Below, piece after piece: positions 19,135 to 28,700 of a stretch of 64,000 bases of DNA (the stretch's first letter is position 1; the number at the start of each line of letters is the position of its first letter). Both the position numbers and the translations under genes were made by a program. The notes under the pieces are model-generated. The model was not told the origin of the DNA and searched no databases. It saw only the letters and a program-made list of their open reading frames with translations. Source of the stretch: Chlamydiota bacterium (GTDB taxonomy: Bacteria > Auribacterota > JACPWU01); the NCBI GenBank assembly GCA_016196885.1, contig JACPWU010000002.1, positions 22,358 to 86,357 of the forward strand, written 5' to 3'.

Positions 19135-19217
19135 ACCGTACTTCGTGCTTCGTACATCGTACTTCGTAATAAACGAACGACGTACGAAGTACGATGAACA
19201 ATGTACGAAGTACAGCT
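19135..19217. repeat. GTACTTCG/CGAAGTAC-family word hairpin, copy 2
   Basis: ccgtacttcgtgcttcgtacatcgtacttcg...cgtacgaagtacgatgaacaatgtacgaagtac. After icd stop, before tRNA-Asp. Confidence 0.55.
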
Positions 19218-19223
19218 TTTCGG

Positions 19224-19300
19224 GGGGGTGTAGCTCAACCGGCTAGAGCGCTGCCCTGTCACGGCAGAGGTTGCGGGTTCGAGCCCCGTCACTCCCGCCA
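19224..19300 (+). tRNA. tRNA-Asp (anticodon GTC), CCA encoded
   Basis: Hand-folded cloverleaf. Acceptor gggggtg/cactccc; anticodon loop ctGTCac; T-loop ttcgagc; 3' gcca. The minus-strand ORF 19116-19343 over it is spurious. Confidence 0.85.
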
Positions 19301-19302
19301 GT

Positions 19303-19375
19303 TTGGATTTTAGATTGCGGATTTTGGAATAAAAAAATTTCAAAATTTCTAAATTCTAAAATCCAAAATCCAAAA
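19303..19375. repeat. Word hairpin GGATTTTAGATTGCGGATTTTGG / CCAAAATCCAAAATTG
   Basis: Inverted word repeat directly after tRNA-Asp, so it is terminator-like. Confidence 0.5.
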
Positions 19376-19392
19376 TTGAAAAGGGGGATACT

Positions 19393-19956
19393 ATGGTTCA
19401 AATTAATCATAAAGTCACGGATTTTGAGGTGGATGCGTTTCAGAATGAAGAAATTAAGAAGGTTAAATTTTCAGATTATCGTGGCAAATGGATGGTGCTT
19501 ATTTTCTATCCTGCGGATTTTACCTTTGTCTGTCCGACGGAATTAGAAGATGCAGCGAGGCATTATGATGAATTTAAAAAAGAAGGTGCTGAGGTTTTTG
19601 CGGTGAGTACGGATACCGTTTACGCTCATAAAGCTTGGCATGATACATCTCCTGCGATTAAGAATGTCCAATATCCCATGGTTGCGGATCCGACAGGGAA
19701 GGTTTGTAGAGAGTTTGGAACCTACATCGAAGAAGCAGGGCTTTCCTTGCGCGGGACTTTCATTATTGATCCCGATGGGATTTTGAAAACCATTGAGATT
19801 CATGACAACAGCATTGGCCGGAGTGCCAAGGAATTGCTGCGCCGGCTTCAGGCTGCAAAATTTGTGCGGGAGCACAAAGGCGAGGTTTGTCCCGCCAGTT
19901 GGGAACCTGGAGGTAAGACATTAAAGCCAGGGCTCAATCTTGTAGGAAAAATCTAG
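19393..19956 (+). CDS. ahpC: Peroxiredoxin (typical 2-Cys, AhpC/Tsa family)
   Basis: FYPADFTFVCPTEL peroxidatic Cys; C-terminal resolving Cys (GEVCPASWEPG). SD aaaggggga. Confidence 0.9.
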   Translation: MVQINHKVTDFEVDAFQNEEIKKVKFSDYRGKWMVLIFYPADFTFVCPTELEDAARHYDEFKKEGAEVFAVSTDTVYAHKAWHDTSPAIKNVQYPMVADPTGKVCREFGTYIEEAGLSLRGTFIIDPDGILKTIEIHDNSIGRSAKELLRRLQAAKFVREHKGEVCPASWEPGGKTLKPGLNLVGKI

Positions 19957-19980
19957 CGATTGATTCAATAGGGGGGAACC

Positions 19981-20661
19981 ATGAATTTCTTAAAGAGATT
20001 TTTTCTTCTTTCTTTGCTGTTTTCTATCATGAGTACTTCTCTTGTCTTTTCGGGGGAAGAATTGCGTCGTTGTGTGAATGAAAAATGCGGTCAATACGCC
20101 GTTTCGGAAACCTGGGCCTATTGCCCTTACTGCGGAACCCGGTTGCCTGAACTGGAAAAGAAGGAAATGGATTTTTCAGGAGAGAGCATCGTTTTGGGCA
20201 ATGTCTATAAGAATAAGACCTATCAATTCCAGATCGAGAAGCCAACAGAGGCATGGTCCTTTTTGACAGACGAGGCCTTGAATGAATTTAACAAAGAGGC
20301 GACGGTCGCCATGCGTTCAGAAAATGTTTACAGCATGGTCATCGTCGACAAGATGCCCAATGTCTCATTGAAAGATTATGAGGAAATTGTCTCTCCAGAT
20401 TTGGAAGGTCTTGAGAAAGTCTATGAACAGGAGACAGAGGTTTCAGGACAAAAGGGATTAAAAATCAAATGGTCTGGTAAATTTCACAAGCTACCTCTCT
20501 ATTATTATTATACCTTGGTAGAATCTGGAAACTTGAAATTCCAGATCATTGCTTGGTGTTACTCTGGAAATGATACGGATCAAACTCAAGCAGAGGTCCT
20601 GGGCATTGAAAACAGTTTTAAGATTTTAACTCCAGAGGAATCCTCTAAGGGAGAGAAGTAA
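19981..20661 (+). CDS. Hypothetical secreted protein with N-terminal zinc-ribbon-like CxxC...CxxC
   Basis: Signal peptide; CVNEKCGQYAVSETWAYCPYCGTRL. Confidence 0.45.
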   Translation: MNFLKRFFLLSLLFSIMSTSLVFSGEELRRCVNEKCGQYAVSETWAYCPYCGTRLPELEKKEMDFSGESIVLGNVYKNKTYQFQIEKPTEAWSFLTDEALNEFNKEATVAMRSENVYSMVIVDKMPNVSLKDYEEIVSPDLEGLEKVYEQETEVSGQKGLKIKWSGKFHKLPLYYYYTLVESGNLKFQIIAWCYSGNDTDQTQAEVLGIENSFKILTPEESSKGEK

Positions 20662-20670
20662 ATTTTTAAT

Positions 20671-20743
<73 letters not shown>

Positions 20744-20799
20744 TTTTTAAAAGCCGTTCTTCGTATTTCGTGCATCGTTGTTCGTTAAATCCTAACTAC

Positions 20800-22017
20800 T
20801 CATTTCTTTAATTGCATAAGTTCAATTCTTTCCCGAATATGCTCCTCAAAAGTTAAAGCCTGCATTTGCCCCAGGGGACGTAGAAAGACGGCCCCTGTTT
20901 TTCGAGCCATGTCTTGGAAGCGCTTTTTGTTTTTTGGATGAATCGAATAGCCAATCGCTTGAAGCGCATTTTCCCATCCTTTAAGAACAGAAACAAGACT
21001 TCCTAAACCTCCAAGGGGTTTTACGAAAATGGTGCGATTCAGACAAGAGGGATGAAAAGCAGAATCATTTTCGTAGAGGACTGTCCAGCTTGTATTCGGA
21101 TGACTGGAGAGAGAAAAAGCTTTTTTCTTAAATTGATAGCGGCCTCGTATTTGATGAATCTGAGAGGCTTCTCCCGCAGAGATTTTGCCTGGGGGAAAAA
21201 GATGAGAAATTTCTTTCATGGCTTCAGCCAGTATTTTGGCCCATTCGCGAGCCGAAATTTTTGATTCTTTCTCAACATAAATGGCATGGGGTGATACGCA
21301 ACCTTGTTGATCATAGAGGCAAATGTCATAAGCCGCGCGTCTAGCTAATTTCTTTGCGTTTTGAGAGCGGAGACTTTCTTTATCAATGACCGCGATACTG
21401 ACTTTGTGTCCAAAGGGTAAGAATTTCTTTCTGGAAGGAAGCCGTTTTTGAATTTCTAAAAGGGTCTCATCGTTTCCATAAACATGGATAAGATCAGATG
21501 CTTTAAAAATGGTTTTCTCAAAATTAAATTCTCCGCCTTTCCACCCACAACAAGAAATGCAGTTGCCTAGTTTAGGATCTACTTGACGAATAGATTCAGC
21601 CAAGAGCATGGGAAAGAAAGGTGCGCGGGAAGAACATTTCACGAAAACAGATGATTTGAGAAGAAGCGCCCAAAAAATATCAAACAACATGGGGGTGGGA
21701 ATAATGCCTGCGAAAATAAAACTGGAGAGTTTGGGATTTGAAAAGACGTGTTTTTTCTGAAGGGCCGTCTTTAAATGATGAGATTGAACTTCCCTAAAGG
21801 CGATATTGAGGCCTTCAGAAATAACTTTCCTTGAGCATCCTGTGCTTTCAGAGAGGATGGTTTCTGCCTCCCGACGGGTGGGACTTTTCGTATCTAGCCA
21901 GAGAAGGGTGACTTGATGGAGTTTTTGAATGAGGGCTTCGTTGGGGAGAGGACTTAAGTAGGATGCTTGTTTTTCTTTAAGTCTTTTTAAGATTTTTTTT
22001 AAGTTGTTTTGATTCAT
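20800..22017 (-). CDS. LuxC-family acyl-CoA (acyl-protein) reductase-like protein
   Basis: 405 aa, aldehyde-dehydrogenase-like fold with conserved Cys (DQQGCVSPH). Occurs in the same strand block as a LuxE-like gene. Confidence 0.55.
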   Translation of the reverse strand: MNQNNLKKILKRLKEKQASYLSPLPNEALIQKLHQVTLLWLDTKSPTRREAETILSESTGCSRKVISEGLNIAFREVQSHHLKTALQKKHVFSNPKLSSFIFAGIIPTPMLFDIFWALLLKSSVFVKCSSRAPFFPMLLAESIRQVDPKLGNCISCCGWKGGEFNFEKTIFKASDLIHVYGNDETLLEIQKRLPSRKKFLPFGHKVSIAVIDKESLRSQNAKKLARRAAYDICLYDQQGCVSPHAIYVEKESKISAREWAKILAEAMKEISHLFPPGKISAGEASQIHQIRGRYQFKKKAFSLSSHPNTSWTVLYENDSAFHPSCLNRTIFVKPLGGLGSLVSVLKGWENALQAIGYSIHPKNKKRFQDMARKTGAVFLRPLGQMQALTFEEHIRERIELMQLKK

Positions 22018-22082
22018 AAGACCTTGACAAAAGAAAACTAGTTTATTAAACTAGTTGTGTTGGAAAACTGCAAGGACTTTTT

Positions 22083-22355
22083 ATGATGGAAGAGTATGGA
22101 TATGGACAAGATGTAAGTGCCTTTGAGGCCAAAACCCATCTTTCGGAGCTTTTAAGGGAGACGGAGCAAGGAAGGTCTTTTGTGATTCGTCGCAGGGGGA
22201 AAATGGTTGCAAGGTTGGTTCCCCCTCTACGAGAAAATAAACATGCCGAGATGGATAAAATTCTGGCGTCGTTTCGAGAAATTCGTCGGCATGTTGCAGG
22301 TCGTGGGAAGCCCATCAAGATTAAGAATCTTATTGAAGAAGGAAGAAGGTTTTGA
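22083..22355 (+). CDS. Type II antitoxin, Phd/YefM family
   Basis: 90 aa; VSAFEAKTHLSELLRETEQGRSFVIRRRGKMVARLVPP is a canonical Phd N-terminus. ATGA overlap with the downstream PIN gene. Confidence 0.75.
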   Translation: MMEEYGYGQDVSAFEAKTHLSELLRETEQGRSFVIRRRGKMVARLVPPLRENKHAEMDKILASFREIRRHVAGRGKPIKIKNLIEEGRRF

Positions 22356-22780
22356 TGGATTGGGTTCTGGACTGTTCTTTTGCGCTCTCCTGGACTTTCC
22401 CTGATGAGCGTTCAGAGTCGTCAGAGCGGCTCCTTAAAAATCTATCACAAGAATCTTTACTTTGGGTCCCTTCCTTGTGGTGGGTGGAGCTATCCAATGC
22501 AATGAGGGTGGGTTTAAAGAAGAAGAGGTTGTCAGAAGCTGATTTGACACTGGCGATGGATCATTATGGGTCACTTCGGATTCAAACGGATTTTGCGGGT
22601 CAATCTGACTATGTGTGGCGTCTTCTGAGTTTGACCAGAGAATATGATTTGTCTGCCTATGATGCTTCTTATCTCGAGTTATCTCAGAGAAAGGGTTTGG
22701 GTCTTGCTACTCTGGATCGTGCCTTAGCTTCTGCTGCTCAAAAAGCAGGTGTTAAATTGGCTCTTCGTCACTTAAGTTAA
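22352..22780 (+). CDS. vapC: Type II toxin, VapC (PIN domain)
   Basis: 142 aa; VLDCSFALSW start (LDxS), YDASYLELSQRKGLGLATLDRAL C-terminal PIN signature. Confidence 0.75.
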   Translation: MMDWVLDCSFALSWTFPDERSESSERLLKNLSQESLLWVPSLWWVELSNAMRVGLKKKRLSEADLTLAMDHYGSLRIQTDFAGQSDYVWRLLSLTREYDLSAYDASYLELSQRKGLGLATLDRALASAAQKAGVKLALRHLS

Positions 22781-23863
22781 ATAATTCTGCATAACTAGAG
22801 AGCAACCTCTGGGTTCTGCGCGAGGAGCCCTTCCCAGAATTTCGAATCCATCTCCCATTTTCACACCCATGTCTTCCGTCAAAAGCCCCATGACACTGGA
22901 GCGATTGGCCAAATCATAATGTTGAAGAAGACCTATTTTACCTTTGGGTTGTTCCTCCAGTGTAGAGGGATTGAGCACACGTGTTCTTACCCAAGGAGGA
23001 ATGTTTTTGTAAATTTTTCTTTTTCGTTTCTGAATAAAATTTTGAAGGGTGTTGTCATAAAATTGGGAACCCATTTCGGTCATGCCGTATTCGTTTACAA
23101 TATGGGTGAGAGGAATATCCAATATTTGATGAATCATTTCATAAAGTTCTTTTTTCGCAAGCTCCCGGGATTTCCCTTTGGTGCCCCCTGTTTCCATCAC
23201 ACGTGAACCTGAAGGGAGTTTAAATTTCCACTTTTTCTCGACACAATGATCTAGAAAATGGACGAATGAGAAGGCTGTTCCTAAGATAATGACGGGTTGA
23301 TCGGACGAAGAAAATGATTCCAGTTTTTTCTGAAGGAATTCTGAAAGGAGTTTCCCTTTTTTTAAGAAATAATAGGTTTTACCTTTGATGCCTATTTCTT
23401 TTTCGAGAACACCCATCATGTGACACAGAGATGAATGGGGCATTTCTTGAGGAGTGGGCGTTAGGATGAGCAAGGGCCATCGCTTTTCATGGATGCAAAA
23501 GCTATTTTTAAAATGGATGAGAAGCGATTTTTCGTAGAACCTTAAATTTTCAAGATAGTGGCGACCCTTCTTTTGAAGGGTTGTTCCACTGGTGTGAAAG
23601 ACTTTTTGTGCCTTTCGAAATGGGAAACAGCATAGGATTTCTTCTTTGAAAACAGTTGTGGGTACAAAGGGGATCTCTTTCCAATGGGAAATTTTGCAAG
23701 GGATTCGGCCTAATTGAAGGCAGTATTTTTGAAAAGGGCGATTGTGAAGATATTGATATTTAAAAAGTTCAAGGGCGAGGGAATTAAATTTTTTTTCATT
23801 TGCTTGTGCCTCTTCCATAAAATCCAAAATAAGACAGTCTAATTTTTTTGTGCTGAGAGACAT
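22772..23863 (-). CDS. LuxE-family acyl-protein synthetase/adenylating enzyme-like protein
   Basis: 363 aa; N-terminal LELFKYQYLHNRPFQKYC and HTSGTT(LQKKG) adenylation-type motif. Confidence 0.6.
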   Translation of the reverse strand: MSLSTKKLDCLILDFMEEAQANEKKFNSLALELFKYQYLHNRPFQKYCLQLGRIPCKISHWKEIPFVPTTVFKEEILCCFPFRKAQKVFHTSGTTLQKKGRHYLENLRFYEKSLLIHFKNSFCIHEKRWPLLILTPTPQEMPHSSLCHMMGVLEKEIGIKGKTYYFLKKGKLLSEFLQKKLESFSSSDQPVIILGTAFSFVHFLDHCVEKKWKFKLPSGSRVMETGGTKGKSRELAKKELYEMIHQILDIPLTHIVNEYGMTEMGSQFYDNTLQNFIQKRKRKIYKNIPPWVRTRVLNPSTLEEQPKGKIGLLQHYDLANRSSVMGLLTEDMGVKMGDGFEILGRAPRAEPRGCSLVMQNYLT

Positions 23864-25179
23864 TTTTCAATCACTTTGTAAGCGTGTCCAAGTTGTTTTT
23901 CGGAAATGCTCAAGGGAGGTGTAAAGATGAGCACGTTGCCATCCATCCCATCTGAAAGGAAGATAACTCCTTCTCTCAAAGCTTGCGTAACCAAATCTCT
24001 TGCCCTGCGGGGATCCGCTCTTCTAGAATTTTTCTGAACAATTTCGACTCCGATCATGAGTCCTCTTCCTCGAATTTCGCCGATACAAGGATAGGTCCTT
24101 TGAAGCTTCCGGAGTTGTAAAATCCATTTTTCTCCCAAGATTCGTGCCCTTTCTATCAATTTAAGCTTTTGAATTTCTTGAAGATTCCTAAGGGCCATGG
24201 CACATCCCAAGGGACTTGCCATGAAAGTGCTGGTGTGAAGTGCCTCGTCGTGGTAGCGAGGCCAATGGGACATGACTTTGCGAGTACCGATGCAGGCGGA
24301 AATAGGAAAACCTCCAGAAAGGCCTTTACCAATGGTCATAATATCAGGAACAATGTCACTCGCTTGGAAGGCAAACCAAAATCCAGTTCTCCCCATCCCT
24401 GAATAAATTTCGTCAGCAATCAATAAAACATGATATTGATTGCACAGATGCCGCAGCCCTTTTATGAAGAGGGGAGGGGCCATTCGAATGCCGCCTCTTC
24501 CCTGAATGGGTTCAATCAGCACAGCGCCTATTTTATTTTTTTTGAAAAGCGTTCCCATTTTTTTGAACAAGTGATGGATTTGTTCGGAGGTGAAATTGTG
24601 AGGATAAGAAACTGAAATGCTTCGAAGGCCCAGTTGATTTTTAAAAGGTTGATGTAGATTAAGAAAATTTGTGGCTTTCAAGGCTCCGTAACTCATGCCG
24701 TGATAGCTGCCTTCGAAAGTGATAAGGCCTGATTTTCCCGTGGCCAAAAACGCTGTCTTAATAGCGATTTCAACTGCCTCTGCCCCTGACGATCCAAAAA
24801 TTATTTTTTCAAGAGGGGAGGGAAAAATTTTACTTAAGCGTTCAAGCAATTGGATTTTGGATTTGTCAGGATAGACATCACTCAAGGAATGAAGAAGTTT
24901 TTGGGCCTGTTTCATTAGGGCTTTCACGACGCTAGAATTTGTGTGGCCCGTTTGTGCTACACCAAATCCAGCTGTGAGATCAAGGTAGCGATTCCCATCC
25001 ACATCCCAGACGTTGGCTCCTTGGGCTTTTTCCCAAACAATGGGGGTGTTCTTATTGATAAGGGTGATGTTGGGGCATTCATGACGCAAAAGTTTTTTTG
25101 CCAGGGCCCTAGATTTTGGGCCTGGAATTGCGGTGCTTCTGATTTCAGGAAGAAATGTCCTAGAGGTATTTTTCATCAA
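23839..25179 (-). CDS. Class-III (PLP fold type I) aminotransferase
   Basis: 446 aa; GSSGAEAVEIAIKTA and LLIADEIYSGMGRTGFWFAF...TIGKGLSGGFP (PLP-Lys). Confidence 0.8.
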   Translation of the reverse strand: MMKNTSRTFLPEIRSTAIPGPKSRALAKKLLRHECPNITLINKNTPIVWEKAQGANVWDVDGNRYLDLTAGFGVAQTGHTNSSVVKALMKQAQKLLHSLSDVYPDKSKIQLLERLSKIFPSPLEKIIFGSSGAEAVEIAIKTAFLATGKSGLITFEGSYHGMSYGALKATNFLNLHQPFKNQLGLRSISVSYPHNFTSEQIHHLFKKMGTLFKKNKIGAVLIEPIQGRGGIRMAPPLFIKGLRHLCNQYHVLLIADEIYSGMGRTGFWFAFQASDIVPDIMTIGKGLSGGFPISACIGTRKVMSHWPRYHDEALHTSTFMASPLGCAMALRNLQEIQKLKLIERARILGEKWILQLRKLQRTYPCIGEIRGRGLMIGVEIVQKNSRRADPRRARDLVTQALREGVIFLSDGMDGNVLIFTPPLSISEKQLGHAYKVIEKCLSAQKN

Positions 25180-25281
25180 GACGAATTTACCGTGTCTGTT
25201 AGAGGAAGATCAAGAAAATCCGAAAAGTATTTAATCCCTTTCAGATATCTTTAGAAACCTCTGGACAAATACACTTTTTTG

Positions 25282-25313
25282 GAATAATATGCGATTATAA
25301 TCGCATATTATTC
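25282..25313. promoter_or_regulatory. Perfect 32-bp palindrome GAATAATATGCGATTA|TAATCGCATATTATTC in a divergent intergenic region
   Basis: 16+16 nt exact reverse complement, flanked by T-runs. Lies between the divergent starts at 25179 (-) and 25349 (+). Confidence 0.5.
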
Positions 25314-25348
25314 TTTTTTTATCTTAACCATCTTATTACAAATAGGTT

Positions 25349-26632
25349 ATGGACTCTAAAATTCCGAAATATCAGAATCCTTGGTGGGAAAACCCACAGG
25401 CCATGCTTGATGACCAGCATCTTCTTGCCATTCGAGGGAAACCCTACGAATATACCCCATCGCTGGTTTGTGAGACGCCATTTGCTCCAGGGGACATTTT
25501 TGTCTTGAGAGGTCCTAGACAGGTTGGGAAGACAACAACCCTTAAAATGTTTATTCACCGTTTGCTCCAAAAAGAATGTGTCGACCCACACTCTGTTTTT
25601 TACTTGAGTTGTGAGGCGATCATTGATTTTAGAGAGTTGATAGAAGTTCTTTCAGAATATTTTGCGGACCGGAAAGGAAAAAGAACTTACCTCTTCCTGG
25701 ATGAAATTTCTTTTGTTTCAAAGTGGCAAAGGGCGATTCTTGCAATTGCAAATCAAGGCTTGATAAATTCTTCAACCCTTGTGTTGACAGGATCCAATGC
25801 AAGAGATTTGAGAGAGAGCAGTGAGCGTCTTCCCGGAAGAAGAGGGAAGGGAAAAGATCTGGAACTTTTTCCGCTGTCTATTCCACAATTGAAAACATTA
25901 CCCTGTTTTCAAGAGTGTTCGTTCAAGAGGCTTTTAGAGATTTATATGCTTGTGGGAGGGTTTCCCAGGGCAATTGCAGACTTTGTCACGCTGGGGGCTG
26001 TTACTGACAATACTTATGATATCTATCGTAATTGGATTGTGGGGGATGCCAGTCGCTATGATTTAAGACAGGAGACATTAAAGCAGATTCTCTTTCGGAT
26101 TGCCCAAACCATGGGAAGTCGTATCACCTGGCCTAAACTGATTGAGAATAGCCCTGTCAAAAGCCATGAAACAGCGCTTGAATATGTTGAACATTTGAAA
26201 GATGCTTTTCTCTGTCATGTCCATTACTGTTATGACCCCGATCTAAACGGCCCCTCTTTTCATAAGGCGAGAAAAATCTATTTTATGGATCCTCTTCTTT
26301 ATGGGGTTGCTGTATGTTGGCGTGAGGGCAGGGTCAATATAGCCCAGTGGATGAAAGAAACGCTTCAGGATGATTCAGAATACGGCCACATGTTTGAGTC
26401 TACTGTGATCAATCACGCGGCAAGAATTTATCCTGAAATTTTCTTTTGGTACTCTGCCAAAGAGCAAAAAGAGATTGACCTCGTTCTCAAATATTCAGGT
26501 GAAACAAGCCTTTATGAAGTCAAGCGATCAGAAGATTCAACGGTGCTTCGCGCCTTGGGTAGAAACGTCTCTATTCTTCATCCGCAATCGTTCGAGAAAT
26601 TTCTAACAAATTGTTCAGTGCCTCGTTCTTGA
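25349..26632 (+). CDS. AAA+ ATPase with C-terminal DUF4143-type (PD-(D/E)xK-like) domain
   Basis: 427 aa; Walker A LRGPRQVGKTTTL; architecture of the AAA_14+DUF4143 family. Confidence 0.7.
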   Translation: MDSKIPKYQNPWWENPQAMLDDQHLLAIRGKPYEYTPSLVCETPFAPGDIFVLRGPRQVGKTTTLKMFIHRLLQKECVDPHSVFYLSCEAIIDFRELIEVLSEYFADRKGKRTYLFLDEISFVSKWQRAILAIANQGLINSSTLVLTGSNARDLRESSERLPGRRGKGKDLELFPLSIPQLKTLPCFQECSFKRLLEIYMLVGGFPRAIADFVTLGAVTDNTYDIYRNWIVGDASRYDLRQETLKQILFRIAQTMGSRITWPKLIENSPVKSHETALEYVEHLKDAFLCHVHYCYDPDLNGPSFHKARKIYFMDPLLYGVAVCWREGRVNIAQWMKETLQDDSEYGHMFESTVINHAARIYPEIFFWYSAKEQKEIDLVLKYSGETSLYEVKRSEDSTVLRALGRNVSILHPQSFEKFLTNCSVPRS

Positions 26633-28078
26633 AGAAAGTTTTTTAGTTTGCTTAATATCGAACTCATTTTCCGAAATCAAAATGGCGGTCATCCCTCCTT
26701 GCTGGGCGACGTTGACGATTTCTCTCTGGGAGGCTCGGCCTAAAATGCCCAATCCATAAGGAGAATAAATGAAGCCGCAGACGACATTCAAGTTTTTCTC
26801 AGTGACTCTTCCTTTTTCATCTAGGATGGGAAATTTTTTCTTTCTTGTCGCGCATCGTTTTTGAAGAACATAAGAACCTGGATCTCGAATGGCCTTCTCG
26901 AGGGCCTTCTCCCAAGTTATTTTTGGAGTCTCGTCCCCCATCAAAATGCCCATGCCTCCGTAACCGCGATTGGGTTTGAGAACCCATTCATTTCGATGGT
27001 GAATCGCATGGGAGATCAGGTCAACCCTTTTTCCATCGGGGTCTGTCGTTTTTGTCTCTCGCACGAGCCGTGTCCACAAAACATGTTTCTTGAAAATTTT
27101 CCTTTCCTCTAAATTGAAGTGGTGTTCAAACTCTGGGTTGCTGAAAATTTCAAAGGCGCTTTTATGATCGAGTTCTCCGGAGAGTCCTGAAACCACGACA
27201 TTTTCTTGAAAGGCTTTTCGAATGGCTTTAAGAGGCTTTCCCTCTTCTTTTTCCATTTCGATGAATTCTTCGAGGGTGCTGTCACGGTAAAGAATGTCTA
27301 GGGGCAAATCCTTATACACGATTTCTCCCTTTTTGATTTTGAGGTCTCGTGGATCTGCAACCACGGCTTCGATTCCTTGGGATTGAAAAAGTTGGGCGAG
27401 GTAAAAAAAATCGAGAGGTCCGCCTTTGGTTCGGTCATCTAGGATGAGTCCGATGTTACATCGACGCTTGCCCAACATTTTTAAATGGGCTTGAAGTTCC
27501 CATAGAAGAATGGAGCGAATGTCATCATTGGGCCGGACTTGAAGGTTTGGGGCGAGGGGACGTAAGGAGTGGATCACCGTTTCTAAAATAATTCTTTCAG
27601 CCGTCGGCGTGTAATGAAGGCCGCCCACCCCTACGCCATTAACCTCCAGAAAATGAAAGGCCGCCCGCCAATCTTGTCCACTGAAGTTGGCATTTGCGTC
27701 CCAGCGGGTGATGGCGGTACGGGGAGCCTCTCGATTTTGGGGGAAGTATTGGAGGAACCATTCCTCTTCTTTTTTCTGAAAGGGGAAGAGTTTTTTCACT
27801 TTAGGATTTTTGAGATAAAGCCATGACAATTTTTGATAGGCCTGGTTCATGTGGTAGCATGTCTTTAGAAAAAAGGTGCGTTGGAGAGGTGTGATCAAGC
27901 GAGGCCTCATCAGAAGTGGGATCAGGCGGGTAGAGCCGTTTTCCTCTTCGTACACCATGCCTTTTTTGCGGCTTTCTTTTTGAATTTCTCGAAAAAGTTT
28001 TTGAATCTCGTGTTTGTCCAACTTCATGAAGAGCTGATGAATGGAGTTAGAGAGGGAATAATCGGGCCAAGGACTCAT
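26615..28078 (-). CDS. Circularly permuted ATP-grasp (type 2)-like ligase
   Basis: About 487 aa from ATG at 28078 (ORF track start 28120 runs into an upstream hairpin repeat). Gly-rich ATP-grasp-like segments PNRGYGGMGILMG and VAQQGGMTAIL. Family call is tentative. Confidence 0.5.
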   Translation of the reverse strand: MSPWPDYSLSNSIHQLFMKLDKHEIQKLFREIQKESRKKGMVYEEENGSTRLIPLLMRPRLITPLQRTFFLKTCYHMNQAYQKLSWLYLKNPKVKKLFPFQKKEEEWFLQYFPQNREAPRTAITRWDANANFSGQDWRAAFHFLEVNGVGVGGLHYTPTAERIILETVIHSLRPLAPNLQVRPNDDIRSILLWELQAHLKMLGKRRCNIGLILDDRTKGGPLDFFYLAQLFQSQGIEAVVADPRDLKIKKGEIVYKDLPLDILYRDSTLEEFIEMEKEEGKPLKAIRKAFQENVVVSGLSGELDHKSAFEIFSNPEFEHHFNLEERKIFKKHVLWTRLVRETKTTDPDGKRVDLISHAIHHRNEWVLKPNRGYGGMGILMGDETPKITWEKALEKAIRDPGSYVLQKRCATRKKKFPILDEKGRVTEKNLNVVCGFIYSPYGLGILGRASQREIVNVAQQGGMTAILISENEFDIKQTKKLSSRTRH

Positions 28079-28093
28079 GAAGCACCTTTTATG

Positions 28094-28168
28094 ACCAGCG
28101 GTCAGCGTACAGTTTTGCAAGGAATTGATTTTTTTTCCTGACTGCTAAACGCTGACCGCTGACCGCTT
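28094..28168. repeat. CAGCGTACAGCG-family word hairpin, copy 3
   Basis: accagcggtcagcgtacag...ctgctaaacgctgaccgctgaccgc in the divergent intergenic region. Confidence 0.5.
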
Positions 28169-28245
28169 CTTTATTTATGATATTAAAATAAGTCATCAGT
28201 TGCTATGATTAAAGGGGAGTCCTTGGGTTAAAGAAAGGAGAAATC

Positions 28246-28479
28246 ATGGTTGATACAGATTTGAAAGATGTGAAGGAGATCGTTTCTACTGTGAAAGAGT
28301 TGCAGGGAAATATTAAGGATTTAGTGGAGATTTTTTCAAAATTGCCTTCGGGGAAGCACCGCGGTGTTTCTGGAGATTTAGAATTGACCACGAAAGAAAA
28401 AGAAGTCTTGAAATTAATTCAGCGGGAACAAGAGAGGGCAGATCAGGTCGTCAATGCCTTGACGCAGGCGATTCGTTAG
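28246..28479 (+). CDS. Hypothetical small protein (77 aa)
   Basis: SD aaaggag; charged helical protein; no family. Confidence 0.4.
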   Translation: MVDTDLKDVKEIVSTVKELQGNIKDLVEIFSKLPSGKHRGVSGDLELTTKEKEVLKLIQREQERADQVVNALTQAIR

Positions 28480-28482
28480 ACA

Positions 28483-28600
28483 ATGGCCTATTCCCAATGA
28501 CAAATGACAAATCAATATCCAATGCCCAATGACCTATGGGACATTCGTTGTGGGTCATTCATTTGGCATTGGGGATTGGAAATTTGCCATTTTTTAATTA
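28483..28600. repeat. CCAATGACC...GGGTCATTCATTTG element, copy 1
   Basis: cccaatgacctatgggacattcgttgtgggtcattcatttggcattggggattggaaatt. Near-identical core recurs at 47835-47940. Confidence 0.55.
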
Positions 28601-28700
28601 CAAATGAGAAAGGGTCTGATATTCTTAGTTTGAGTGGGCGTTAAATGATGAGTTTAATGAAGGCCATTTAAAGGAGAGGAAGGATCGTACTTACACGATC

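Noticed and set aside
19116-19343. Minus-strand 75-aa ORF
   Set aside because: It lies exactly over tRNA-Asp (19224-19300). It is the reverse-strand shadow of the tRNA and hairpin repeats.
28078-28120. ORF-track start (28120) for the circularly permuted ATP-grasp gene
   Set aside because: The first 14 codons are the reverse complement of the CAGCGTACAGCG-family hairpin. The internal ATG at 28078 was used instead.
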